Assembly: GCA_964585475.1 (NCBI GenBank)
Contig: CAZPDF010000004.1
Span: 23,169-87,168, forward strand
Length of the DNA: 64,000 nucleotides
Source: an uncultured Candidatus Saccharibacteria bacterium
GTDB taxonomy: Bacteria > Patescibacteriota > Minisyncoccia > Sungbacterales > HO2-52-23
Reading direction: 5' to 3'
Shown here: one piece after another, positions 39,604 to 50,455 of the stretch
How positions within the stretch are numbered: the first letter of the stretch is position 1
How the letters are laid out: the number at the start of each line of letters is the position of its first letter
Made by a program: the position numbers and the translations under genes
The notes under the pieces: model-generated
The model's database searches: none
What the model saw: only the letters and a program-made list of their open reading frames with translations
Told to the model about the DNA's origin: nothing

Positions 39604-42600
39604 TTAATTTCCCAATTGATTTAAAATGTAATTGGTTCCGGCAAGGATGAAATGAGAAGCGCTATCCATCCACATCTCCTGATCCAAAAGGGTGTGTATA
39701 AATCCGCCCTCCGCTTTGTTGCCAACGGCCGAATTCACCCAGTAAGAATTTTCTCGGTCAAACTGCATGTTAAAAATCCATAAAAAAGCCAATTCAATCG
39801 CTTTTTTATATTTATCCGTATGGTATTTGTCGCCGCGCTCTTGAGCAATAAGAAAAGCGTCGTCCAGCGCCTCCAAAACCTTGCTCGTGCCTCTTAGCGA
39901 AAATGTTCTACCGTCCGGCACGTCCGGAAACGAGCCATACCGCCAGTCATTTCCCGGCCACTGCTGATCCACCAACCAATCGCCTATTTCAAACACAAAG
40001 TCGGCATCATCCTTTTCACCGCCTAAATTATAAATCTCTTTAAAAATGTTCAGAAGCCAGCCCTGCAAACCCAAAGACAAAGAGTTTTCTTTAAGAATTC
40101 TGTTTTTTCTGAATTCATCTTTTTTTATCTCTGCGGCCGCTCGTAATTCTTCGGTCTTGCGGCGATCGTTTGCGGCATTTTCATATGCGCCTAGAGCGGC
40201 GAGCACATGATAATCCGCCAAATTAGAAGAACCTTTAGTTCCTTCATCCGGCCGGCCGTCCGCCACAAACCACGGCCAAAAACTGCTATTCTCTTTTTTA
40301 AGACCCCACAATTTTTCCGCCAATACGCCGGCATTATCAAGATACGCTTCATCTTTGGTCAAATTAAATAATGCCAGATCATTAAATATACGAAAGGCCA
40401 GACTTCCGGTCGGAAACAGCGTTGAGGGCGCAACCGCCGCCGCGACAGTTGAAGTTGCTTCTACATATTCCCGGTTCTTTAAAGCCGAGCTCACATATTC
40501 TCTTTTACCGGAAAATTGATAAAGATTAGTCAGGGACTGCGCTGTAAGCGAATTCCTTATTAAATTCAAATTTTGAGTTACATTACCGGTCTGCGCGTTT
40601 ACTTTGAAAACATAACTCCCGTCGTTGTTTTGATTTTTAACCACCCAGTCCGCCGCCTTAATCATCCGCTGTAAAAGCCTATTTTTATCAAAAGTTTCTC
40701 CGCGAACCAAAAACGGACCGTGCAAAGAAAAAACATTTTTCTTATCAAAAGATTCAATAAAATCGTCAACTCCGAACATATATACCGTCGCTTCGCGGCT
40801 TTTAAAGCAGTCGTTTTTGAGGTTATTAACGGTGCAGAGCCACGACAAACTGTCCTTAAAACTTGAATATTGATGGAGATTCAGCAAATAAGGAAGAAAA
40901 TAAATTTTTTTGCCAAGATACTCTATCACATAGCCCTTGAGAGGATTAAGGCCGATATTCTGCAACAAGTACGGATCCACTTTCAATAAATCATTTTTAA
41001 CAAGCGCTATCTCTATCCTCAAAGATTCCAATTCCTCATTTCCCAGTCGCGGGAAACGCGAATCGCTCATGGCGCCGACGGCATTATTGATCAGGTTCTC
41101 CAAAAGTGAACCGCCGATTGTTAGGGAAGCACGCAGCTTCTGGTTATTCCAGATCATAAGAGCGGCGCCCTGGGGTTTCAAAAAAACATCAAGCAAGTTT
41201 TTTGATTCAAGCATCGGGATAAAATCCGCGGCAGTTAATTTTTTATTACCCAACAATTCCTCCATGGTTTTTCTCACGATGTGTATGGCGGCAAACCTCA
41301 CTTCTTTCATCGACCTCTCGTCTTTATCGGAAATTTTGTATATTACAAAGCGGGGCGAATCCCATACTTTTTGGAAATGAGAGAAATCAGCGCCCCGAAC
41401 CATTAAGCCCACCATGGTGGTTGATCTTGCCCACGGAGCAAGATTTGTCCTGCCGGGAAAAAGATCACAGCGATTTACGGGTAGGCAAATCCACCATTGA
41501 AAACTCTTGTCTAAAAAAACGTAAGAGGCCTGGTATTTTTTGGCAAGGGTCAGGGCCTCGTCCTCGCTGTCTGTCAAAAAAAACTTAGCAATATCTTTAT
41601 AGCGGGCCGCCACCTCTTTCGACTCTGAAGGATAAACTTTGGTGGTAGAAATAACCCGCTTATCGGCGAAAGCAACGATCTGGTGGCCCCTAAACCAATG
41701 GGCCATAACTATTGCGTCCTCGTCAGAATTATTTTTAAGCCATTCAAGGGCGGTTTTCATTTCCCCGCTCAATGAACTATTAAAATCGCCGGTGCCGGTG
41801 TTTAAATTTTTATAACCCTGATAAAGCGTCGCGGAGAGAACCAAAAATAAAACGGCTGACGAAATTAATTTTTGGTTAAAGAGGACCCTTTTGGCGGGCG
41901 GCCAAGAATAAATTAGGGACGTCTTAAAACCGCCTATAACAAGATACGAAAAAATATACGCGGCCCTCCGAAGGTCTTTCAAGAAATCCGCCGGCTGCTG
42001 CCTCCAAATTGTTTCAATCCCGACCTCCTTAAAATTAAGGTTGTTTTTTATTGCCCAAAAGATTATTTCGCTATCCACCGAATAACTCTTTCGTTTTATT
42101 ACCATCCTTTCTAACGCGGCTTTGCTAATCAACCTAAATCCGCATTGCGAATCTTTAAATACCCGCTCTGTAAAAAATAAGATGACGGCATTTGCGATCC
42201 GGTTCCATATTACACGGGGCAGGGGCATGCTTTTGGGGCTTAAAGAACGAACACCGAGAACCAGATCGCACCGATTTATCTTCCAAGTTTCTATCAACTT
42301 AGGTATGTCGCCAGGAGAGTGCTGTCCGTCCGCATCCATAAGGACAAGCGCATCAAAATCAAAATTATCCACCGCAAAATGGATGCCACTGTAAATTACG
42401 TTACCCTTGCCCTTATGAAGGGGCAGCGCCAAAACTTCAGCTCCAGATTTTTTGGCAATAGAAACAGTGCCGTCGTCCGAACCGTCATCTGCGACAAGAA
42501 CCCGGCCGAATTTTTTTGCCTCGCCTATAACTTTTGAAATATTATCCGCTTCGTTATGGGCAGGTAATAAGATTAAAATTTTATCGCTCTCTTGTTTCAT
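39604..42600 (-). CDS. GT2-family glycosyltransferase (Dpm1/GtrB-like N-terminus) fused to TM segment and ~700-aa C-terminal domain
   Basis: 998 aa; N-terminus ILILLPAHNEADNI...VADDGSDDGT...LMDADGQH typical of GT2 polyprenyl-phosphate glycosyltransferases; TM helices ~230-260; large unassigned C-terminal region. Confidence 0.6.
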   Translation of the reverse strand: MKQESDKILILLPAHNEADNISKVIGEAKKFGRVLVADDGSDDGTVSIAKKSGAEVLALPLHKGKGNVIYSGIHFAVDNFDFDALVLMDADGQHSPGDIPKLIETWKINRCDLVLGVRSLSPKSMPLPRVIWNRIANAVILFFTERVFKDSQCGFRLISKAALERMVIKRKSYSVDSEIIFWAIKNNLNFKEVGIETIWRQQPADFLKDLRRAAYIFSYLVIGGFKTSLIYSWPPAKRVLFNQKLISSAVLFLVLSATLYQGYKNLNTGTGDFNSSLSGEMKTALEWLKNNSDEDAIVMAHWFRGHQIVAFADKRVISTTKVYPSESKEVAARYKDIAKFFLTDSEDEALTLAKKYQASYVFLDKSFQWWICLPVNRCDLFPGRTNLAPWARSTTMVGLMVRGADFSHFQKVWDSPRFVIYKISDKDERSMKEVRFAAIHIVRKTMEELLGNKKLTAADFIPMLESKNLLDVFLKPQGAALMIWNNQKLRASLTIGGSLLENLINNAVGAMSDSRFPRLGNEELESLRIEIALVKNDLLKVDPYLLQNIGLNPLKGYVIEYLGKKIYFLPYLLNLHQYSSFKDSLSWLCTVNNLKNDCFKSREATVYMFGVDDFIESFDKKNVFSLHGPFLVRGETFDKNRLLQRMIKAADWVVKNQNNDGSYVFKVNAQTGNVTQNLNLIRNSLTAQSLTNLYQFSGKREYVSSALKNREYVEATSTVAAAVAPSTLFPTGSLAFRIFNDLALFNLTKDEAYLDNAGVLAEKLWGLKKENSSFWPWFVADGRPDEGTKGSSNLADYHVLAALGAYENAANDRRKTEELRAAAEIKKDEFRKNRILKENSLSLGLQGWLLNIFKEIYNLGGEKDDADFVFEIGDWLVDQQWPGNDWRYGSFPDVPDGRTFSLRGTSKVLEALDDAFLIAQERGDKYHTDKYKKAIELAFLWIFNMQFDRENSYWVNSAVGNKAEGGFIHTLLDQEMWMDSASHFILAGTNYILNQLGN

Positions 42601-42916
42601 AAACAGTTGTAAATCATGCTTATCCTAAAATCTAACCATCAAGATTTTCCTGATTTTATCAAGTTAATCTTACACGGATTGACTGGCTTATAATCTGGGG
42701 CTGTCCACTTCCATATTTTTTCTTCGTGGTCCGGTAAACCCCTACTGAACCGCGGGGCATTCCAAGTAACGTGGTAAAAATTTCAATATCCATAGCTTAT
42801 CATAATGATTGACTGCTGTCAGCGCGTTAGCAGCAAAAGGGAGTCCGTAGATATACCTCTTTGTTATATATATCCCGAAACCGCTTATGGTGTATAGAGG
42901 GTTAACTAGATATACT

Positions 42917-43060
42917 ATGAAAACTTTCTTGAACTTGTTCCTGGCCATGATTGCGCTTATGCTTCCTGTTGTCTTGGGCTATGGCGTGGGTCTGCTTTAT
43001 CGCCGCTGGCGGAAGAAGAAGGAGGAATCTCAAGCTACGCCCTCTATCGGAGTTAAATGA
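42917..43060 (+). CDS. possible small membrane protein (47 aa)
   Basis: MKTFLNLFLAMIALMLPVVLGYGVGLLYRRWRKKKEE...; below the ORF-track length cutoff; followed by terminator. Confidence 0.25.
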   Translation: MKTFLNLFLAMIALMLPVVLGYGVGLLYRRWRKKKEESQATPSIGVK

Positions 43061-43074
43061 TGAACACATAAACC

Positions 43075-43103
43075 AAAACTCCGCCTGAGCAGGCGGAGTT
43101 TTG
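43075..43103. terminator. bidirectional rho-independent terminator
   Basis: AAAACTCCGCC..GGCGGAGTTTT hairpin between small ORF and copA 3' end. Confidence 0.6.
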
Positions 43104-43124
43104 GTTTACGATCTCCAGCATATT

Positions 43125-45611
43125 TTATGCCTGCTTTCTTTCAATAGGGGGCGTGTATCTGCGAAGCAACAGCGAGTTAGTCACCACCGAAACGGAACTA
43201 AATGCCATGGCAAATCCTGCAATTTCGGGACGAAGAGTTGCCTGCGAAAGATTGTAAAATACCTGCCCAGCCCCTCCGAATCGGCTACGGATAGAAAGAA
43301 TCCACGGCGCCGCCTGACCGAAAGCCGACTGGGTGATAAGAAGATGCGCTCCTGCCGCGATCGGAATCGCCAGAACGTTATAGATGAACGCCCAGAAAAG
43401 GTTCTGCCAAATTTTTATGATCGTTTTCCTCGAAAGCTGGATCGCGGTAACAACGTCGCGGAGATCGTCTTTAACCAGGATTATCTCGCCCGTCTGCACC
43501 GCCACATCGGTTCCGGACCCCACGGCAATTCCGACATCTGCCTGGGCTAAAGCCGGAGAATCATTAATGCCATCCCCCACCATAGCGACCACTTTTCCCT
43601 CCTTCTGCAGTTTTTTTATAACTTCGGCTTTGTCTTGCGGCTTGACCTCGGCCAAAATGCGGTCAATCCCGACCTGCTTCCCAATGGCCTCGGCCGTTTT
43701 GGGATTATCCCCGGTAATCATAATAATTTCTTTCTTCATTTTTTTAAGTTCAGCTATGGCTTCTTTGGCGAATGGCTTTAGGGTATCGGCCATCGCAATA
43801 ATCGCGATTGCCCTCCATGAGCCGCCCTCGTTTCGCGCGGCAAATACCACGGTTTTTGCCTGCGAAACAAGTTCTTCAAATTTCTTCGCATGCTCGGATA
43901 TCGATACCCCTAGTTTCTCCATAAACGCCGGGTTGCCGACGGCGATTTCGTTGCCCTCGATTTTACCCTTCACTCCGAATCCCGACACCGCTTCAAAATC
44001 TTTCACTTCCGGGAGATTCCCAAAAGAACCTTTCCCCTTCTCTATCACGGCGCGAGCCAGTGGGTGCTCGGACCCCTGTTCCACCGCGGAAGAAAGACGC
44101 AAGGCGTCTTTTTCGTCCATTCCGCTAAGCGCCACAAAATCAGTTACCACCGGCTTGCCGATAGTAAGAGTTCCGGTTTTATCCAACGCAATGGCCGTAA
44201 TTTTATAAGTTTTCTCAAGCGCTTCACCTCCCTTCAAAATTATGCCAAATTTCGCGGCGCGTCCTATCCCCACAATTAACGCCGTCGGCGTGGCAAGCCC
44301 CATAGCGCAGGGACAGGAAATCACCAAAACCGCAATCATGTGAACCAATGCCGCGCGGAGATCATCCGGCACGACGATAAAATACCATGCCGAGAAAACG
44401 ATTACCGAAAACACTACGACGGCCGGAACAAAATATTCGCTAATTTTATCCACTAAATCCTGCACCGGCGCGCGAGAGGCCTGCGCCTCCTCAACCATCT
44501 GGATGATTTGGTAAAGTAGCGTCTCTTTGCCGACCTTGGTCGCTCTGAACTTAAAAAGCCCTTCCTGATTTACTGTGGCCCCAATCACTTCATCATTGAC
44601 CCCTTTTCCTACCGGGAAGGACTCTCCGGTCACCACTTTCTCGTCAATATGGCTCTTCCCTTCAACAATTACGCCGTCCACCGGAATTTTTTCCCCGGGG
44701 CGCACGACTACAATGTCACCATCCTGCAGCTTGTCTATCGGCACGGTAATTTCCTGTCCGTTTTTCAGAACATGGGCCTCTTTGGCCTCAAGTTTAAGAA
44801 GCTCTTTTATGGCTTGGGACGCGCGTCCTTTGGCTTTTGCCTCAAAATAACGTCCGAGGAGAATGAAGAAAAGAAGGGCTGCGGATGATTCCCAAAAAGG
44901 ATGGTCAATATTGAAAAATAAAAACCCGAACATCGAATAAAAATACGCGGCCGAGGTTCCAAGCGCCACCAAGACGTCCATACTGGCAGCACCCACACGG
45001 ATCGAAGTAAAAGAATTACGGTAGAAGGGCCAGGCAATGATGAATTGGATCGGGGTGGAAAGAATCCAGTATAAATAGTTAAGGTCAATACGAAAGGGGG
45101 GGCTCGCAACATCCACAAAAGTGCTTAAAATGAGCTTCAGGGGCTGCGCAATGAACCAGAAAAGATAATTAACTATGTAAGCTCCATATCCCAAAAATCC
45201 CTGGGTCACCAAAACGGGCTGCTGAAGATTTACGAAGGAGAAAAACTCATGCACATGCGTCAAGTTAAACATGTGGATCAACATGTAGTAGGCGATAATC
45301 GGGATCGAGAGCGCAAAGGCCGCGCGGACTCTCCGGCGCGCCTCCTCAATTTTCTGGGCTTCTTTTTTCTCCTCTTCTTCGGCAGTAGACCCCTGTTCGG
45401 TCGGACGAATCAAGTCGTAACCCAATTTATTGATGAATTCGTCTATTTTTTCGAGAGAAATTTTGGTCTCATCAAATTCAACCGCGGTTTTTTCCGCGCC
45501 GTAACTCGTTTTAATCGAAACCACCCCGGGCTGTTTTATGAGCAGTTTATCAATCAGAACAGAACACGAAGCGCAATGCATCCCTTTAACTTTTAACACT
45601 AGCTTAGTCAT
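43125..45611 (-). CDS. copA: copper-translocating P1B-type ATPase
   Basis: 828 aa; N-terminal HMA GMHCASC; CPC motif [11 protein letters not shown]; DKTGTLT; [10 protein letters not shown]. Confidence 0.9.
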   Translation of the reverse strand: MTKLVLKVKGMHCASCSVLIDKLLIKQPGVVSIKTSYGAEKTAVEFDETKISLEKIDEFINKLGYDLIRPTEQGSTAEEEEKKEAQKIEEARRRVRAAFALSIPIIAYYMLIHMFNLTHVHEFFSFVNLQQPVLVTQGFLGYGAYIVNYLFWFIAQPLKLILSTFVDVASPPFRIDLNYLYWILSTPIQFIIAWPFYRNSFTSIRVGAASMDVLVALGTSAAYFYSMFGFLFFNIDHPFWESSAALLFFILLGRYFEAKAKGRASQAIKELLKLEAKEAHVLKNGQEITVPIDKLQDGDIVVVRPGEKIPVDGVIVEGKSHIDEKVVTGESFPVGKGVNDEVIGATVNQEGLFKFRATKVGKETLLYQIIQMVEEAQASRAPVQDLVDKISEYFVPAVVVFSVIVFSAWYFIVVPDDLRAALVHMIAVLVISCPCAMGLATPTALIVGIGRAAKFGIILKGGEALEKTYKITAIALDKTGTLTIGKPVVTDFVALSGMDEKDALRLSSAVEQGSEHPLARAVIEKGKGSFGNLPEVKDFEAVSGFGVKGKIEGNEIAVGNPAFMEKLGVSISEHAKKFEELVSQAKTVVFAARNEGGSWRAIAIIAMADTLKPFAKEAIAELKKMKKEIIMITGDNPKTAEAIGKQVGIDRILAEVKPQDKAEVIKKLQKEGKVVAMVGDGINDSPALAQADVGIAVGSGTDVAVQTGEIILVKDDLRDVVTAIQLSRKTIIKIWQNLFWAFIYNVLAIPIAAGAHLLITQSAFGQAAPWILSIRSRFGGAGQVFYNLSQATLRPEIAGFAMAFSSVSVVTNSLLLRRYTPPIERKQA

Positions 45612-45686
45612 ACATTCATTAGACGCCAGCTGATATATATTTTATACTTTAGTAAGCTCTATATTCCTTACTAGGGGGCTGACTGG

Positions 45687-46073
45687 ATGCTATACGGTAT
45701 TGATAAAGTTACATTCCGGCACGGCTTTTGCGAGGGTCTAATGCTGGGGGCGGCTTTTGCTATACTGCTATTTTTAGGCGCAATATTTAAGCTGGGTGGG
45801 ATCGGAACGGACGTAAATTATGGAGCAACGCTCGGGGTTTACGTACTAATAGTGGGGGCGCTAGCGGCCGCCACAGTGAGAAATCCGACGAGCGGTATGG
45901 GGGTTACTTCCGGAGCAGGATTTCTAATGTCTCTCGCCGCTTTCGGAGGACTCTTATATGCACAGGGGGCCGGTCAAGCAATCCGGGTAAGTACAGGCAT
46001 ACTACTTACTACAATTCTTGGCATGTGCATCTTTGCCATAATTCAAATCATCAAGCAGAGGTACGATGCATAA
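45687..46073 (+). CDS. hypothetical membrane protein
   Basis: 128 aa, 3-4 predicted TM helices, Gly/Ala-rich. Confidence 0.4.
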   Translation: MLYGIDKVTFRHGFCEGLMLGAAFAILLFLGAIFKLGGIGTDVNYGATLGVYVLIVGALAAATVRNPTSGMGVTSGAGFLMSLAAFGGLLYAQGAGQAIRVSTGILLTTILGMCIFAIIQIIKQRYDA

Positions 46074-46103
46074 ATGAGAGAGCGGTTTATACCGCTTCTT
46101 TTT

Positions 46104-46541
46104 TTATTGTGTGGAACTGATGATACTCCTCACATGTATCTTTCCTATCATATCAAAATGGGTTCTTTTTTTGCCTTCCACTACTCCCTCTCCGCAGGGC
46201 ACCGAGCAGTAAAAAGGAAAGTCTCCTTCCTGCGTTGCCACAAATTCAATTTTTACCGTCTCATTTGCCGGCATACGCTGGGAGATACCGTAGGCGTCAA
46301 TCGCGATTCCATGATCATATTCATCTTCGTTGACAATGGTCATCTTGATTCTATCGCCGCGATCTGCCTCGATAACTTCCGGGGTAAAACGCCATTCGTT
46401 TTTATCGGCGACAATCGTCACTTCGCGGATAACTCCGGTTTCAACCGGCTTTGATTCTTCAGGAAGCAAAAACGCGCGATAAAGAACACCGCCGCCAATA
46501 ATCAGAACGCCTACGATAATAAGGATTGCATACTTGTTCAT
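46104..46541 (-). CDS. membrane-anchored cupredoxin-like copper-binding protein
   Basis: 145 aa; N-terminal TM; beta-rich domain with H..(D/H)HG...FYCSVPCGEG....H..M candidate Cu ligands. Confidence 0.55.
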   Translation of the reverse strand: MNKYAILIIVGVLIIGGGVLYRAFLLPEESKPVETGVIREVTIVADKNEWRFTPEVIEADRGDRIKMTIVNEDEYDHGIAIDAYGISQRMPANETVKIEFVATQEGDFPFYCSVPCGEGVVEGKKRTHFDMIGKIHVRSIISSTQ

Positions 46542-46545
46542 AAAC

Positions 46546-48693
46546 CTACTCTGCCTTTGCGGCTTCTACCTTTTTCGGATTAACCCGCAAATACTTATGA
46601 ACCCCAAAGCTTAACAGCGCCATTAAAATCAGAGAGGCAATAAGAAGAATCCACCATGATGAAACAGCCGCGGGCGCTTTCTCTTCAACCTTTATCCAAA
46701 ATTCAGCTGTCAGAGCTTCGTCTTGGGGCAAGGCAATGCCCTTGGGCCGAAACTGGGCAAATATTTTATAAAGTCCCGCCTCCGGAAATACAGCGTGGAA
46801 ATTTATCACCTCATCCTTTCCCTCCTCATGGATTGCTCCCGGCACCTCCTCATCTCCATGGGCAAGAGCTTCAGGAACCATACGCAAACTATGATGATCT
46901 CCTATTTCGGGATGCGTATGTATAAACTGCTTCCAGTCATCCTTGATTATCGTCAAATGCATTTTTGCGGCAAGATAATCCTCTACCTCAACCTCGTCTC
47001 CGGTGAAAGTATGGACGTCAAAAGACAATTCATGCTCATGCCCCTTTGCAACCGGCTCATCAATTTTTAACGCAACCTGATACTGTCCGACAATAACGTT
47101 TCTTCCAAGAGAAACTTTTCTCTCGTCCCGCGGACCTTCGCCCGCAACCGAGATTTCCGGATGGCCAAAGGAATGATTAACGCCGTCTTTTTTAATTTCT
47201 GACCAGATCTTATAAAGCCCGGGGTTGGAAAATGCATAATTAACCAGTAAATGTCCGGGGGTAGACGTGGGGCTGGGATGTATATGGAAAAATTCATTCA
47301 TGTCGCTCCGAAGACCTATGACATGCATGAGTTTGGAGTGCTCAATTTCTAAATCCTGGACCGGAACAGGGACGTTTCCCGGCTTGTCGTTTATAAAGAA
47401 ATCAAGTTTTTGTACTTGACCGGTTCGGTAAGGAACGGGCGCGATATTCAAATTTACTGCAACCCCCTCCCGCACTTCATTTTCCTCATGATATTGTGCC
47501 GCTCCGTGCTCGTCATGTGCTCCTCCAGTGCCTTCTGACATCACCATTGAATGACCCGAGGGTGGCGGGACCGTAAATGTCCAGCCGGTTGAATTACCGA
47601 TAACAAGGGCAATAGCAATGTATGTTATGGAAAGCCATAACATCGTACGCCGGGACGGACGCTTAAAAATAAACGCGGCCAGTATCGTCACCGCCAGGAG
47701 CCCCAGAAAGAACATATTCCCGTACTTAATAAAACCAGAAATATCAACGAGCGGATGCTCGTGCTTGAGTATGGTTTCGCCGAACCGCTCGCCCGAAATA
47801 TTGACTACAAATTGCTCCCATGCGCTATGAGTACCTGAAGCAATAAACCAGTCATGGCCAAAGATGCCGAAGGTAAGAAGATATGCGCCGATGATGAGAA
47901 GCATCCACCCCATTACTTTCCCAATGCCCTCTTTATGCCGGGCGACACCGGAGAGCGCATTCACGCCCAAAGTGCCAAGAATTGCAAGGAAAATAAGCGG
48001 TACTGACCGCCCCATGCCGTGAACAAAACCAAGAAACCATCCGTTAAATATATCGCCCGTAGTTGCGATGTATCCCAGAAGCACATAGAAAGCGGGGTTT
48101 GGACAGCCGACACCGGCATTGCCCAGAAGCAGCCCAAGAAGAAATGTCTTCATATAATCTTTTCGGCGCTGGATAAAATCAGGGAACTTGCCGGAATACG
48201 AGGGAAGTTTAAATTTTATTAGCCCGACCTCGGATAATCCGAAAATAAATGCGGCGAACCCTCCAAAAAGAACCGCGTAGACCTCTGCATCAGACTTGAG
48301 GCCGAAAGCTTTACCAGCAGCCGCAATAAAGACCCCATATAAGGAAAGTGTGATCGTGAGCCCCAGAGTAAAGGTAAGCGCCATAATAAGTCCTTTCTTG
48401 GGGTCCTTCCCCATGGTCAAGGGAACAATGACAAAAGCAAGCGGCAGGGTGCAGGGCAAAAAAATCATGGAAAGGCCCGCGACAAATGAAAGTGTCAACC
48501 CCACGGTAAGCTCCGGAGTCGTAGCCATCCAAAAAAGACCCACCACGAAAACAATAAATAAGAAAAAACCGAATATCCCGATCTTAAATCTGATTGATTT
48601 TTCGTGTTGCGCCTCTTCAGCCGTTACTGGCGGCTTGGTCTGACTCGGCTGCGGCTCTCCTCCGACAGGAGGAGTAATAGTATTTGGTTCCAT
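46546..48693 (-). CDS. CcdA/DsbD-like thiol-disulfide transmembrane domain fused to His-rich extracytoplasmic domains
   Basis: 715 aa; MIFLPCTLPLAF resembles the CcdA/DsbD TM1 Cys motif, second Cys GVGCPNP; C-terminal region with HEHELSFDVHTF, IHTHPEIGDHH, FHIHPSP clusters and terminal TM. Confidence 0.5.
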   Translation of the reverse strand: MEPNTITPPVGGEPQPSQTKPPVTAEEAQHEKSIRFKIGIFGFFLFIVFVVGLFWMATTPELTVGLTLSFVAGLSMIFLPCTLPLAFVIVPLTMGKDPKKGLIMALTFTLGLTITLSLYGVFIAAAGKAFGLKSDAEVYAVLFGGFAAFIFGLSEVGLIKFKLPSYSGKFPDFIQRRKDYMKTFLLGLLLGNAGVGCPNPAFYVLLGYIATTGDIFNGWFLGFVHGMGRSVPLIFLAILGTLGVNALSGVARHKEGIGKVMGWMLLIIGAYLLTFGIFGHDWFIASGTHSAWEQFVVNISGERFGETILKHEHPLVDISGFIKYGNMFFLGLLAVTILAAFIFKRPSRRTMLWLSITYIAIALVIGNSTGWTFTVPPPSGHSMVMSEGTGGAHDEHGAAQYHEENEVREGVAVNLNIAPVPYRTGQVQKLDFFINDKPGNVPVPVQDLEIEHSKLMHVIGLRSDMNEFFHIHPSPTSTPGHLLVNYAFSNPGLYKIWSEIKKDGVNHSFGHPEISVAGEGPRDERKVSLGRNVIVGQYQVALKIDEPVAKGHEHELSFDVHTFTGDEVEVEDYLAAKMHLTIIKDDWKQFIHTHPEIGDHHSLRMVPEALAHGDEEVPGAIHEEGKDEVINFHAVFPEAGLYKIFAQFRPKGIALPQDEALTAEFWIKVEEKAPAAVSSWWILLIASLILMALLSFGVHKYLRVNPKKVEAAKAE

Positions 48694-48729
48694 GAAATTT
48701 ATGAATTTAATTAAACTGGTAAGTGCTTG

Positions 48730-49122
48730 TTATTTTACGTATTGTGTGGCTTCGCCGAGAGTTTCTTTTGGAAGATCCCGAGAAAGGGTGATTATTAAAA
48801 GCGCCAAAGCCGCGCCCAAAAGTCCTATATCGCGGAAAGTAATCGAGAAATTTACTTCGCTGAAAGGAAGAAAGGCAAGTATAAAAATTGTGAGAAACTC
48901 AAGCGTTGAAAGAAGCGCAACCAACTTCACCAGCGGCGGTTTCGCGAACCAGGCAAGAAGTACGAGCGCCATGAATATTTCGAGCGCCCCCTGCATCCGT
49001 AAATAGCCGTCAAGCGGGATGATTTGCGCAATAATCTCCCGAAGCCAATATGGCAACACCCAGTACCATGCCCTCGGATGCGCCATAAGGTGATAACCCG
49101 AATAAAGGTACATGGTCCCCAA
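48730..49122 (-). CDS. hypothetical membrane protein
   Basis: 130 aa, 3-4 TM helices. Confidence 0.35.
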   Translation of the reverse strand: MGTMYLYSGYHLMAHPRAWYWVLPYWLREIIAQIIPLDGYLRMQGALEIFMALVLLAWFAKPPLVKLVALLSTLEFLTIFILAFLPFSEVNFSITFRDIGLLGAALALLIITLSRDLPKETLGEATQYVK

Positions 49123-49169
49123 AGATAAACGCAGAATCCATTCCGGTTTTAATTTTTGTAAATAGCTGG

Positions 49170-49433
49170 TTATGATAATTCTTTTAGCTTTTCTACAAAT
49201 TTCTCCTTATTAAAACCCCCCGTAGCCCAAAGTTCACCGTTTAAAATTATTCCCGGAGACGCAAAAATCATATGTTTCCCGGCCATTTCTTGACCCTCCG
49301 GCGTAGTTACGTCAACTTTCTTATACGACACGCTCGGCCAATCCTTCTCAATAGAGTGCCAAAATTCTTCGAAGGCCTTGCAGATGTGGCATCCGGGCGC
49401 AACCAACTCTTCAAGCAAAATCGGCTTTACCAT
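49170..49433 (-). CDS. thioredoxin-fold protein (CxxC)
   Basis: 87 aa; PGCHICK active-site-like CxxC near N-terminus. Confidence 0.6.
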   Translation of the reverse strand: MVKPILLEELVAPGCHICKAFEEFWHSIEKDWPSVSYKKVDVTTPEGQEMAGKHMIFASPGIILNGELWATGGFNKEKFVEKLKELS

Positions 49434-49645
49434 TATCGTAATTATATCCTATCTAAAGGGCGGAACCCTAATTCTCTTTTCCACATATTCTCTGTGATAA
49501 TTCGATAAGTTTATGATGCAATACTAAACTTTATAAAAACATGTTATAATAAGTGCAGAGGAGGAAAATGCGGCAAAGATAAGAGCTTTTTAAAAGAAAC
49601 CACTCGGAATCGCAACTTGCGGGATAATCTGTCAAGTACTTTGAT

Positions 49646-49678
49646 AACCTCTCTTTACATCAAAAAGAGAGGTTTTTG
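49646..49678 (+). terminator. rho-independent terminator
   Basis: AACCTCTCTT..AAGAGAGGTT stem followed by TTTTTG; ~65 nt downstream of a 4-codon mini-ORF. Confidence 0.45.
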
Positions 49679-49824
49679 TAAACAAAGTGTGGAAAAGTTC
49701 TGGGTAAGGGTGGAACAAATCCTGAATATCTCCGGTCCCATTGTCTCCATCAACGCTAAAAAATAGCGTAGGAAGGCGATAATGAGGACGGGGGTCAGCA
49801 CACCCAGCCATACCGGGATCCTAT

Positions 49825-50334
49825 TTGGAGAAGGGTCTGGGTATGGCCTGGTGGACACACTTATTATTCTTCAGGAGTTATCCTGATGCCCAAAATGGGA
49901 AAATTTCGAAAGAAGAAAATCTCTTCGCTTTGTTTAATCGTGCCCTCCGAGAGTATATTTACAAAAATTTTCTCGACATCCTCCATTTCGTCCTTTCCAT
50001 CTGTACGTACGTATATCTGGGACTGGCCATTGTCACATTTTTCTTTGAAGAATACGTGCCGGCTGCCTTCCCCTCGGTTATTGAAACGCTCTCGGAACCG
50101 TACCTGGGAGTATTGGGAATCTATGTGGTGGTGCGGGAACTGGAACGAAGACGCGGCCGACAGGTACGTACGGGCCTGGGAGAACTCTTTGCGGTAATTT
50201 GGTTTTTCTTCTTCGTCGCGGCAAGTTTCCTCACCTATTTCTCAGAACACTATGCTCTAAGCGCCATCTACAAAACCGTGGTCACCAATGCTCTGGCCGC
50301 CCTAATTATAAGAATTGGGATACTACTTAGATAA
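49825..50334 (+). CDS. hypothetical membrane protein
   Basis: 169 aa, 4 TM helices. Confidence 0.35.
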   Translation: MEKGLGMAWWTHLLFFRSYPDAQNGKISKEENLFALFNRALREYIYKNFLDILHFVLSICTYVYLGLAIVTFFFEEYVPAAFPSVIETLSEPYLGVLGIYVVVRELERRRGRQVRTGLGELFAVIWFFFFVAASFLTYFSEHYALSAIYKTVVTNALAALIIRIGILLR

Positions 50335-50394
50335 TGGGCGGGCCGCACTAATTATCCGCGTGGGAACTCTTCTTCGATGATCTGGCCAGATAAG

Positions 50395-50425
50395 AAAATG
50401 CTCCGACTTGGGTCGGAGCATTTTC
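50395..50425. terminator. bidirectional rho-independent terminator (AAAATGCTCCGAC..GTCGGAGCATTTT)
   Basis: Perfect 13-bp stem with A/T tracts between convergent genes; stem core shared with the 29205 hairpin. Confidence 0.55.
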
Positions 50426-50455
50426 TTATCCAAAAATATCGAGTAGCGCCGCCGA

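Noticed and set aside
43384-44208. 274-aa plus-strand ORF inside copA
   Set aside because: Antisense to a well-supported P-type ATPase gene; low-complexity Ser/Ala/Ile-rich translation; typical shadow ORF.
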